From positions 96,001-160,000 of the forward strand of contig BTVJ01000004.1 in NCBI GenBank assembly GCA_045863395.1: DNA of 64,000 bases, read 5' to 3'. Every line of letters starts with the position of its first letter. Within the stretch, counting starts at the first letter, position 1. Below are positions 38,502 to 47,440 of the stretch, piece after piece. The notes below the pieces were generated by a model. That model had not been told where the DNA came from, made no database searches, and saw nothing but the letters and a program-made list of their open reading frames with translations. The stretch comes from Myxococcales bacterium. GTDB taxonomy: Bacteria > Myxococcota_A > UBA9042 > JABWCM01 > BTVJ01. A program made the position numbers and the translations under genes.

Positions 38502-39172
38502 ATGAGCTTGCCGCCCCGCAACACACACACACACACACACACTCTCTCTCTCTCTCTCTCGTGTTCTTCGCGCTGCTGCAGTCTGGCCTCATTGATCACC
38601 GGAATGCGACCTGTGACCCGAAGGCACCTTCCAAGGAACCACTCCTTCTGCTGGACGTAGTGGTGGACGCCAGCAAGAAGACCGATGACTACCTTGTGCT
38701 TTCCGTCGATGGCACGAATGTTCCTCCTCCGTTCGTCCTGGTACGCGAAGAGCTCTGGCTCTCTGTAATCGGCACCGCACCCTTCCTTGCCTGGGCTCGC
38801 TCACACACATCCCGCCCGGGAGACCCAGAACCAGGCACGACAGTCCACCAGTGGCCTCACTCGATCACGGTGCCTCAGGTGTTCTCTCCAGGCTACGACG
38901 CTACCGTCATTGTCCTTGCCAGGCGGCCAGGAGGGGAACTGCTGAACCTTGTGATCGAGCTCCCCGCGTCGATGCTCACTCTCATTCCGGCGCCCGAGAA
39001 GAAGCAGCTCAAGTCAACGACCGCGAAAGGAGCGTTGTTCGACCTCTATGCGGCAAAGGTCGCTGCCTTCGACGAGCTGCTCCTTGACTTGACCGAAGAG
39101 CTGGACGCGTTGCCGGAGGCAGAGAGGGCAGAACTGTACGGGGTCCTCAACGCGACAGCGCTGGGCCAGTAG
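38502..39172 (+). CDS. Hypothetical protein, apparently frameshifted at the microsatellite (the long frame opens at GTG 38444; the best start ATG 38502 is out of frame)
   Basis: Strong SD plus ATG 38502 gives a short ORF ending at a TAG near 38660. The downstream frame runs to 39172 and is coupled to the next gene (TAGGAGG). Confidence 0.55.
38521..38560. repeat. Compound dinucleotide microsatellite (AC)11(TC)9
   Basis: Read directly: 38521-38542 (AC)11, 38543-38560 (TC)9. Confidence 0.97.
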
Positions 39173-39184
39173 GAGGCGGAACCG

Positions 39185-42148
39185 ATGAACTCAAGAATAA
39201 TGCTCGCGGCCTTGCTCACCCTCTCTTCCACCTCCGTGCTCGCGGCGACATCCGCGGATGGCCGCATCTTCCACGTCACCGACCCCGGGAACATCTACTA
39301 CAAGTATGTGACGATACCGCAGACCGGTGTCTGGCGGTTCCGGACTTATCTTGGGAGCGAGGGGCTCGATACGGTCATTCACGTGTGGGACCTGGGGCTC
39401 GACCAGCACGCGAGGTCCAACGATGATGCCGGCTTCGGTACCTGTAACGACCTCAAGCCGACCCATGAGAAGACATCCTGCCTCGATCTACAATTGACCG
39501 CTGGGCAACAGGTCATCGTTTTCGTCCGCAGATACAACAACCAGAGTTCCGGTACGTGCCTCTTCCGGGTGTCCTCTGTCGGCTATGGTCAACTCGTGGA
39601 CGACGTCATCTCGCCTGCAGGTGATGTCACCTACCGGTGGGGCACTGGGGCGGTTGTTTCCTGGGACGCTAACGAGACGATTCAGACCGCCTATGCGCCG
39701 GTCCGCCAGGTGACCGTCGGGACCCCCTGGAGCAACGGACTTCTGACGCCGACTGTGCTCGTGCTGGCTGGAGCCGAGCGCCTGTACCGCTACACCCGAA
39801 CAGACGACTTTGGTTTTGGGGCAGGCACGAGCCAGGGAGGCCCATCGATTTGGGGACAGCCAGGCATTCTGCTACCGGAGTCCTCGGCTTCGATAACCCC
39901 TTACCCCAACACGACGGCTCCATATCACTACGTCGTGGGCGGAGACCCCTACGCGTGGAACAACCCTACGCTCTATGGAGACGGACGGCTTACGTTCTAT
40001 CGCAACGATGCGACAGTGCCCGGCCATGACCCCGACGATGACAACCTCGGTGATGCCCTCGAAGATGCGCTGGGAACCTGCAAGCGAGCGCAGGCCTGCC
40101 CTGGCCGAGACCCGAGGGACTCGGACGAGGACGGACTGCGCGACGACTGGGAGACCATCGGCGGCTGCACGTTCAATGGCTGTGACCCGCAGTCAGAGAA
40201 CGCCATCAACCTGGCCTACTACGGCGCCAGCCCGATGAGAAAGAACCTGCTCGTTCAGGTCGATTGGATCTCGCATCCCAGCGAACCTGTCGACAAGTGG
40301 GGGCTTCTCGCCGGCGGGCTGAGCGAGATCGTAGAGGCGTTCGCCTCGGAACAGACCAGCGTGGAGGTACCGAAGGAAGCAATTCGCGTCTTCTTCGACT
40401 TTGGCCAGCTCCCCGCCGGGGGAGCCGGTGGCAACGAGGTCGTCTACTCCGACCATGTCGCCGTTTCCAACAAGCGCCCGGCCTGCGGAGATTACTTGAC
40501 GTGCAGCCTCGGCTCCTCCTGCCCCAGCTTGACCGTTGGGGGAGCAACGTACTTGCAGTCGTGCAGCACCTATGGACCTCCTGGGGAGGCTCGCTGCATT
40601 CCAAGCTGCAGCGGCGGCCAGTGCCCACCCGAGCTGGTGTGCACACCCGGAAAGTGTTTGCCGAAGCCGGAGCTTCCATGCGCATCGACCAGCGACTGTA
40701 TGATCGACGGGCGAGACGAGTGTGTCTTTGACGGCGTGTCGAGCGACCGCCTCTGTCGTAGTGAGTTCTGCCGGGCTCCGTGGGCACCGTGCGTCGCTGA
40801 GCAGGCTGACCCGGCTTGCTTTGGCCCGTGGCCGTCATGCGCGCCCGATGTGCCCGGAGCGTGTGAGGCAGCCGGCAAATACTGCGTCGCGGATCCACAC
40901 AACGGCGCAGGGGCACACGTGTGCGTGCCCACGGACTGCAAGGCTCCATGCATGCGCCATCAGTCCATCCACGAGCCGTTCAACTTCCAACGGATGCTGC
41001 GAGGATCGCCGGGCAGCGCATGGTCACTCATGCCGCTGAACAGACGAGGGCTGTTCACGGAGGTCTGGCTGGGCCGGGGACTCCAGGCGTCTGAGGGACA
41101 CGAGAGTTCGGTGCTGGGCACCACCAATTTCCGGACGTGCACGTGGCCTTCCAGCGGGCAGGACTGCATGACCGTGTGGCCCGGTTTCATCGAGTTGGGC
41201 TCGGAGGAGAAGGGCGTTCCGTTCAGCCAGGAAGTACCGCCTGGTACTCCGGTCGATTGGACGAGTACGGTGTTTCACGAGCTCGGGCACATACTGGGGC
41301 TCCAGGACGGCGTGGTCGAGTTCGTGAGCGGAGCCGAATGCCACTGGGATACTGACTGCGCATGGCCTCAACGCTGCGTGGGGTCGCAGTGCGCCCACTC
41401 TACATGGCAGAATGTCCCAAACCACGTGAGCAGCATGAACTACTACTTTCTCCACCGGGTCGACGCCGTTGGGCACATCGACTTCTCCAGCGGGGTGCGC
41501 CCGCGGGTCGAGCCGTTCACGGTGGTGGCGTCCTCGTGTGAAGATCCCGCCTGCCCAGACTATGGCGACCCCGGCTGCCCCCTGCCACCCGGCCGCAATC
41601 CGCCGGGAGGAAAGTGCTGCCTGGTGGACGGCGATTGGCCGACTGCGCCGCACTACTGCGTGGGTCCAGGACTGAGGGAGGACGTAGGAATCGGGAACCT
41701 CTACGACCGGCGAGGAAACGACTACCTGGCCAATCGGCTATTCCAGTTGGGTGAGATGAAGTGCATGACCAACGAAGTCGGGCATGCGCAGGGTATCGGA
41801 CCGGCGCCCGTGCGACTCCTCGAGCAGGATCCTGGGATCGACTGGAACAAGAATGGAGTCGAAGACCCGACCCAGGTGGGCGGGTTCGTGCGCGAGCCTG
41901 GACACTGCTACGGTGGACAGAATGTGCACGAGTATGTGGACGTGAACGAATGGGACATCGCCTGGGGGGGGGGCTTCGATCACATCGGCGTTCGGGAGGT
42001 GCCGGCGCTGGCCGTGGTTGGGACACCGCTGTGCAGCGCCATCGAGGCGGTGGAGTGTCCACCGGGGTTTGAGTGCAAGCACGGCGAGTGCCTGCCGGCG
42101 CTGGCTCCGGAGGCGGTGCGATTCTCGTACCAGTGCGCTGCGGAATGA
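39185..42148 (+). CDS. Secreted Cys-rich zinc metalloprotease (metzincin-like) with PPC-like and Ca-binding segments
   Basis: Signal peptide, DTVIHVWD..NDD (PPC-like), DSDEDGLRDDWE, GASPMRKNLLVQVDW, VFHELGHILGLQDG, Met-turn-like SSMNY. Confidence 0.72.
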   Translation: MNSRIMLAALLTLSSTSVLAATSADGRIFHVTDPGNIYYKYVTIPQTGVWRFRTYLGSEGLDTVIHVWDLGLDQHARSNDDAGFGTCNDLKPTHEKTSCLDLQLTAGQQVIVFVRRYNNQSSGTCLFRVSSVGYGQLVDDVISPAGDVTYRWGTGAVVSWDANETIQTAYAPVRQVTVGTPWSNGLLTPTVLVLAGAERLYRYTRTDDFGFGAGTSQGGPSIWGQPGILLPESSASITPYPNTTAPYHYVVGGDPYAWNNPTLYGDGRLTFYRNDATVPGHDPDDDNLGDALEDALGTCKRAQACPGRDPRDSDEDGLRDDWETIGGCTFNGCDPQSENAINLAYYGASPMRKNLLVQVDWISHPSEPVDKWGLLAGGLSEIVEAFASEQTSVEVPKEAIRVFFDFGQLPAGGAGGNEVVYSDHVAVSNKRPACGDYLTCSLGSSCPSLTVGGATYLQSCSTYGPPGEARCIPSCSGGQCPPELVCTPGKCLPKPELPCASTSDCMIDGRDECVFDGVSSDRLCRSEFCRAPWAPCVAEQADPACFGPWPSCAPDVPGACEAAGKYCVADPHNGAGAHVCVPTDCKAPCMRHQSIHEPFNFQRMLRGSPGSAWSLMPLNRRGLFTEVWLGRGLQASEGHESSVLGTTNFRTCTWPSSGQDCMTVWPGFIELGSEEKGVPFSQEVPPGTPVDWTSTVFHELGHILGLQDGVVEFVSGAECHWDTDCAWPQRCVGSQCAHSTWQNVPNHVSSMNYYFLHRVDAVGHIDFSSGVRPRVEPFTVVASSCEDPACPDYGDPGCPLPPGRNPPGGKCCLVDGDWPTAPHYCVGPGLREDVGIGNLYDRRGNDYLANRLFQLGEMKCMTNEVGHAQGIGPAPVRLLEQDPGIDWNKNGVEDPTQVGGFVREPGHCYGGQNVHEYVDVNEWDIAWGGGFDHIGVREVPALAVVGTPLCSAIEAVECPPGFECKHGECLPALAPEAVRFSYQCAAE
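41964..41973. repeat. G10 homopolymer inside the metalloprotease gene
   Basis: CCT GGGGGGGGGG CTT, currently in frame (WGGG). Confidence 0.9.
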
Positions 42149-43449
42149 GGAGCGTCCGGCGACGTCAGTTGCGTTGTTTGCCCCTGGCGTGGCTCGCTGC
42201 GTGTGCGAGCCCCACGGGGACGGCGCCGGCGCCCGTGGAGTCTGCCTCGCAAACGAGCTATGGAGCAGGGCAGGAGGTCGTGGTCGAAGCGGCCCTCCAG
42301 GCGAGCGCCGAGTGCGACTACCGGGACGTTCCCTTCAGATGGCGCAAGCTCGATGTCGAAGGAGCCCCCCCCACCCACCGCGAGGGGGCGGCGCTCGGGT
42401 TCGACGCGGTCCGTGATCGGGTCCTCGTGTTTGGTGGATACGAATACCCGGCACCCCCAGGCTGCCCCTACCGGCAGGACACCTGGGAGCTGAGATTCTG
42501 GCCAGTGCCCGCATGGACCAAGATCGACGGTGGGTCGGTGATTCCTCGCGCTCGATCCTACGGCTCCGGCGACTTCGACCCGGCGACCGACTCCCTCCTC
42601 GTCTTTGGGGGTGCGAACTGGTGCACGGGAGCGTTCGACATCAACAACCCCTCCGACTACGGCGTCAACGACACCTGGCGCCTCGACGCGAGCTCCCTGA
42701 CGTGGTCGAGGGTCCACCCCGCGGGCGAGCTCCCGTGGACTCGCTGGGGAGCGCAGGCTGTGTTGGTGCCTGAGACGCATTCGCTCGTCGTGCAGGGAGG
42801 CTACAACTTCAACGTCGACTTCGTGGGAGATACGTGGGAGCTCGGGCCGAGCGGCTCCGGGTCCGGTTGGGCTCGTGTGGCCGGGCACGAGGAAGGACCG
42901 GGGGAGAGGGCCAACGCCCTCCACTGGTACGACCCGGAGCGCGCGATGATGGTGGTCGCGGGCGGAGCCCGGTGTTTCGGGAGCTGCCCGACCATACACT
43001 ATCGCGACACCTACGGCCTCACCGGGCTTGGGCGGGGCGGACCGAAGACGTGGTACGAGCTGCACCTGACGAGCAACATCCCTCACCGCTTTTCGGGGGG
43101 GCGCTGTGCCTTCGACCCGGTGGCGCACCGGGCCACCTGCTCGCGGGGGCGGTACTACCCGGGTCCGCCGAGTGAGGACGCGGTCGGCGTCGAGAGCTAC
43201 GACACCTGGACATTCACCTTCGAGGGCCCGCGTTCGGGGCGCTTCGAGATCGTCGATACCGGGGGGACCTGGCCCAAGGGGCGCAACGCCGACCTGATGT
43301 ACGACCCGAAGCGTGATCGCTTCATCGCCTTCGGAGGGGCCGTCGGGACGGGGTCTGCTGGGAACTTCACGACGACCAACGAGGTATGGGTGCTCGAGCG
43401 CGATTGGACCCGCGCCCCGTGCACACCGCCTCCGGTACACAGACCGTAG
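42145..43449 (+). CDS. Kelch-repeat beta-propeller lipoprotein
   Basis: ATGA overlap, lipobox LAAC, repeated P..R.....FD...D..LVFGG...DTW motifs. Confidence 0.82.
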   Translation: MRSVRRRQLRCLPLAWLAACASPTGTAPAPVESASQTSYGAGQEVVVEAALQASAECDYRDVPFRWRKLDVEGAPPTHREGAALGFDAVRDRVLVFGGYEYPAPPGCPYRQDTWELRFWPVPAWTKIDGGSVIPRARSYGSGDFDPATDSLLVFGGANWCTGAFDINNPSDYGVNDTWRLDASSLTWSRVHPAGELPWTRWGAQAVLVPETHSLVVQGGYNFNVDFVGDTWELGPSGSGSGWARVAGHEEGPGERANALHWYDPERAMMVVAGGARCFGSCPTIHYRDTYGLTGLGRGGPKTWYELHLTSNIPHRFSGGRCAFDPVAHRATCSRGRYYPGPPSEDAVGVESYDTWTFTFEGPRSGRFEIVDTGGTWPKGRNADLMYDPKRDRFIAFGGAVGTGSAGNFTTTNEVWVLERDWTRAPCTPPPVHRP

Positions 43450-43461
43450 GAGGTGTCTTCC

Positions 43462-46092
43462 ATGAGCGTGCGCACCGCCGCTTCGGTCGCCGCCGCCCTC
43501 TCGTGGTGTATGGCCGCGGGTCCCAGGCCAGTCGTCGCCACCGCGGGCCCGTGCGTCGTAGGCCTGCCCCTGAACGCTGGCTGCGGCTCGGTCGCACCGG
43601 CGGGCTGCTGCGCGGGCGGCAACGTCCTGTGGTGCGCCCCCGACGGGGTGACACTCTGTGCCCTGGAGTGCGTCGGCGCTGGCACATGCGGATTCGCTGT
43701 CACCCACGAGATATACGACTGCGGAACGGCGGGTCTGGCCGACCCCACGGGCACGCTCCCCATGCAGTGCGATTGGGCGTGTGCGCCGGACTGCACGGGG
43801 AGGCAGTGCGGCCCCGACGGCTGCCTGGGGAGCTGTGGAGACTGTCCACAGGACACCCCGCTGTGCGCGTCCGGTGGCCAGTGCGTCTCCTGTCTTCCTG
43901 ACTGCGACGGCAAGACGTGTGGGCTCGACGGCTGCGGCGGGCTGTGTGGCGTGTGTCCAGTCGGCCTGGACTGCGACCCGAATGGCCACTGTTGCACACC
44001 GGACTGCACAGGGGCGGAGTGCGGGTCGGACGGCTGCGGGGGCACGTGCGGCGCCTGTGGATGGCCGATGCACTGCAGCCCGGGCCGCACGTGCGAGGAG
44101 TGCGGGTGCAGCGGCAGGGTCTGCGGCAACGATGGCTGCGGCGCGAGCTGCGGCACATGCCCCGCCGGACAGGGCTGCACGCCGGACGGGACGTGTGCGC
44201 CCGCTCCCGCCGGCTGCTCCCCAGGGGAACTCGGCTGCAGCGGCTGCGCCTGCGGCACGTGCGTCTGCGCAGGCGACCCCTGGTGTTGCTCCGTTGCATG
44301 GGACTCGCTGTGCGCGGTGGCGTGCGCGAGGTGCGAGGGCTGCGGGGATCTCTGCGTCCCAGACTGCCAGGGAAGGGTGTGCGGGGACACAGACGGCTGC
44401 GGTGGCTCCTGCGGCACGTGCCCGCAGGGGATGCGCTGCGCCGGATTCGGGAAGAAGTGTCTCCCCTGCGGCTGCACCGCCAAGGAGTGCGGAGACGACG
44501 GCTGTGGCACAAGCTGCGGGAGCTGCCCCCCAGGAGAGGTCTGTGCGAAGGGCTCGTGCGTTCCCCTCGGCTGCGGAGTGACCGCGTCGCCCGGGTGTGC
44601 CGGGTGCGCGTGCGAGGAGTGCGTTTGCAGCATCGACCCGGCCTGCTGCACGGTGGCATGGGACGCGACCTGCGCCACCGCCTGCCGCTACGAGTGCCAG
44701 GGCTGCCCCTGCATCCCCGACTGCGATAGCCGCGAGTGTGGGTGGGTCGGCTGCGGCTACAAGAAGTTCACGTGCGGGAGCTGTCCCGCGGGCGCCGTCT
44801 GCACGTTGGACGGCCTCTGCTGCAAGCCGAGCTGCAAGGGCAAGGAGTGCGGGAGCGACGGCTGCGGCGGGCTCTGTGGTGAGTGCTCGACGGGCCAGGT
44901 GTGCCACGCCGGCAAGTGCACCTGTGTGCCGGTGTGCGAGGGGAAGGCGTGCGGGCCAGATGGCTGCGGAGGCTCCTGCGGAGACTGCCCGGGGAGCACC
45001 GCGTGCAGGGGCGGGAGCTGCGAGCCCGACTATCCGGCCGCGTGCCTGGGGTCGAAGGTCCCCAGCGCAGATGCGTGCCCGGTGGGACTCGGCTTCGAGG
45101 GCTGCTGCGACGACCAGGGCCGTGTCGTGTGGTGCGAGGGCGGTGCGTTGCACTGCCTCGCCTGCGCCTCGAAGGACGGCTGCGGCTGGAGGACGCAGAA
45201 GCCGAGCGGTGAGGCCGCGGCGTGGTACGACTGTGGCGGCTCAGGCGCAGACCCTGCGGGGACGTTCGCGCTCCTGTGCGGCGCGCTCTGCGTCCCGGCC
45301 TGCACAGGTCACGAGTGCGGTCCCGACGGCTGTGGCGGGACGTGCGGCTCCGGGTGCGGACCGGACGTCCCGTGCGTCGATGGCCACTGCTCCCCGGTCA
45401 GTCCGGACGCCGTCGGCGGCGACGGAGGCGCGGAAGACACGTGGCTGAGCGACGGGAGCGTGGGCGACGGCGGCAGCCTGGACGACGGTGGCAGCCTGCA
45501 TGACGGTGGTGCCGAGGACGTTGCCAGCGACGTGGCCCCGGCGCCCGACGAGGGCTCGACGGACGAGGCGTCACCGGACGACGGGACGACGCGACCGAGG
45601 GACGCGGTCGAGGCCAGGGGCGGTGACGGAGGTGCGGCCTCAGACTCCTGGACCAGATTGACCGGTGATGGCTCCGGGGGAGGACGCGGGACGCACGACA
45701 GCGCCGGGGGCCGAATTGGGGCTGACGCTCTCCCCGATGACGCTCTCGCGCGCGGCAGGCCCGAGCCTCGCCCTGGCGTCGATGCTCGAACGTCGGACGC
45801 GGCCGAGGCAACGCCCGACACAGGCTCCACCTGCGGCGAATCGCGGGGCGGCTGCAGAGACGGCGTGCTTGGTGGCGGAGCCGGACCGGGCCCCGGCGAG
45901 GGCTGCGGGGGATGCGCCGCGTCTGGAGGCGCACCAGGGGGCGCACAGGCAGGTGCCCTGGTCGCCTTCGTGGCTCTCCTGACATGGAGTCACCGGCTGG
46001 GCTCCCGTTCGGCACCACAGACCAGGCAGACCTGGCGCCTCCGACCGCGGGTGCGCTTGTACGCGCCAACTTGGCCGTCGACCCGAGCTTGA
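43462..46092 (+). CDS. Cys-rich repeat surface protein with a MYXO-CTERM-like tail
   Basis: AGGAGG RBS, many CxPDCxGxxCGxDGCGGxCGxC repeats, acidic linker, GCGGCAAS...ALVAFVALLTW followed by a basic tail. Confidence 0.78.
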   Translation: MSVRTAASVAAALSWCMAAGPRPVVATAGPCVVGLPLNAGCGSVAPAGCCAGGNVLWCAPDGVTLCALECVGAGTCGFAVTHEIYDCGTAGLADPTGTLPMQCDWACAPDCTGRQCGPDGCLGSCGDCPQDTPLCASGGQCVSCLPDCDGKTCGLDGCGGLCGVCPVGLDCDPNGHCCTPDCTGAECGSDGCGGTCGACGWPMHCSPGRTCEECGCSGRVCGNDGCGASCGTCPAGQGCTPDGTCAPAPAGCSPGELGCSGCACGTCVCAGDPWCCSVAWDSLCAVACARCEGCGDLCVPDCQGRVCGDTDGCGGSCGTCPQGMRCAGFGKKCLPCGCTAKECGDDGCGTSCGSCPPGEVCAKGSCVPLGCGVTASPGCAGCACEECVCSIDPACCTVAWDATCATACRYECQGCPCIPDCDSRECGWVGCGYKKFTCGSCPAGAVCTLDGLCCKPSCKGKECGSDGCGGLCGECSTGQVCHAGKCTCVPVCEGKACGPDGCGGSCGDCPGSTACRGGSCEPDYPAACLGSKVPSADACPVGLGFEGCCDDQGRVVWCEGGALHCLACASKDGCGWRTQKPSGEAAAWYDCGGSGADPAGTFALLCGALCVPACTGHECGPDGCGGTCGSGCGPDVPCVDGHCSPVSPDAVGGDGGAEDTWLSDGSVGDGGSLDDGGSLHDGGAEDVASDVAPAPDEGSTDEASPDDGTTRPRDAVEARGGDGGAASDSWTRLTGDGSGGGRGTHDSAGGRIGADALPDDALARGRPEPRPGVDARTSDAAEATPDTGSTCGESRGGCRDGVLGGGAGPGPGEGCGGCAASGGAPGGAQAGALVAFVALLTWSHRLGSRSAPQTRQTWRLRPRVRLYAPTWPSTRA

Positions 46093-46282
46093 CCCACTGC
46101 CTGCTCGAGCAGCTCCGCTACGACCAGCCCCAGGCTGCCACGGAGAGCGATCCTGGAAGTCCGTGAGGCTGTCCAAGGAGGCTGGGCGGGCTGAATGGCC
46201 CCTGGCCGCTGGCTCAAGCTTGCGCGCGGGCGCACGGCCGGCGATGCTGCCACCCTCTAGCGGTTCGCGGACAGGAGCAGGC

Positions 46283-47422
46283 GTGCTGGAGGTCGAGCAC
46301 ATCGACGGAATGGGGAGGGTGGACGCAGCCGCCTGGGACGCGCTGGTCGGACCGGACGACCCGTTCACGGAGCACGCCTTCCTGCGCACGCTGGAGGACA
46401 GCGGCAGCGTGGGGCCTGGCACGGGGTGGACCCCGCGCCACGTGCTCGTCCGGCGGGACGGGCGCCTCGTAGGCGCCACCCCCGCCTACGTCAAGGACCA
46501 CAGCTACGGCGAGTACATCTTCGACTGGGGGTGGGCGGAGGCGGCGCATCGGGCGGGGCTCCGGTACTACCCCAAGGTGGTCTGTGCCGTGCCGCACACG
46601 CCGGCCGGAGGCAGCCGGCTCCTCCTGGCGCCGGGCGTGGGGCCCGAGCTGGTGGACGCGCTGCACGGTGGCCTGCAGGCCCTGGCGGACGCGGCACGGG
46701 CGTCTTCGCTGCACGTCCTGTTCTCGACCGAGGCCGAGCGCGACGCGCTGGTCGCCCGCGGCATGCTCCCGCGGCTGACCTACCAGTTCCACTGGGAGGA
46801 CCGCGGCTTCGGCGACTTCGAGGGCTTCCTGGGCGCCATGCGTTCGCCGGCGCGCAAGCAGGTCCGCCGCGAGCGCCGGGAGGCGGCGGCCCACGGGCTC
46901 CGCATCGAGGCCCTGCGAGGCGACGCGCTGACCCCAGCGGCCTGGGACGCGGCGCGGCGCTTCTACCGGGCGACCGCCGCGCGCAAGGGCGCATACCCCT
47001 ACCTGACCGACGCCTTCTTCGAGCTGGCGGCGACCACGCTGAGGCACAGGGCGCTGATCTTCCTGGCCCTGCGGGGGCACCAGCCCGTCGCCGGGACCCT
47101 GTCCTTCCAGAAGGGGCGCCACCTCTACGGGCGCTACTGGGGCTGCGTCGACGCCTTCGAGCTGCTGCACTTCGAGGTGTGCTACTACGCCCCCATCGAG
47201 CTGTGCCTGCGCGAGGGGTGGACCCGGTTCGAGGCCGGCGCCCAGGGGGAGCACAAGCTGAAGCGTGGGTTTCTGCCGTCTCCGACCTTCAGCGCGCACT
47301 GGATCCGCCACCCAGCGCTGGCCCGCGCCGTCGGCGAGTGGCTCCCGCACGAGGCGGCCGCCGTGGAGCAGGAGATGCGCATCCTCGCCGAGGAGGGTCC
47401 GTATCGCCGCGACGGGTGCTGA
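46283..47422 (+). CDS. FemAB-like GNAT-fold protein (DUF482 family)
   Basis: FLRTLEDSGSVG..TGWTPRH, KDHSYGEYIFDWGWA, YYPK, LYGRYWG, LHFEVCYY, FEAGAQGEHKLKRGF. Confidence 0.92.
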   Translation: MLEVEHIDGMGRVDAAAWDALVGPDDPFTEHAFLRTLEDSGSVGPGTGWTPRHVLVRRDGRLVGATPAYVKDHSYGEYIFDWGWAEAAHRAGLRYYPKVVCAVPHTPAGGSRLLLAPGVGPELVDALHGGLQALADAARASSLHVLFSTEAERDALVARGMLPRLTYQFHWEDRGFGDFEGFLGAMRSPARKQVRRERREAAAHGLRIEALRGDALTPAAWDAARRFYRATAARKGAYPYLTDAFFELAATTLRHRALIFLALRGHQPVAGTLSFQKGRHLYGRYWGCVDAFELLHFEVCYYAPIELCLREGWTRFEAGAQGEHKLKRGFLPSPTFSAHWIRHPALARAVGEWLPHEAAAVEQEMRILAEEGPYRRDGC

Positions 47423-47440
47423 CCAGCGCTCGCTCGGCGC

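Noticed and set aside
38521..38560. Microsatellite as evidence of eukaryotic contamination
   Set aside because: The flanks have a bacterial promoter, Shine-Dalgarno sites and coupled intronless ORFs. A local consensus error in tract length remains possible.
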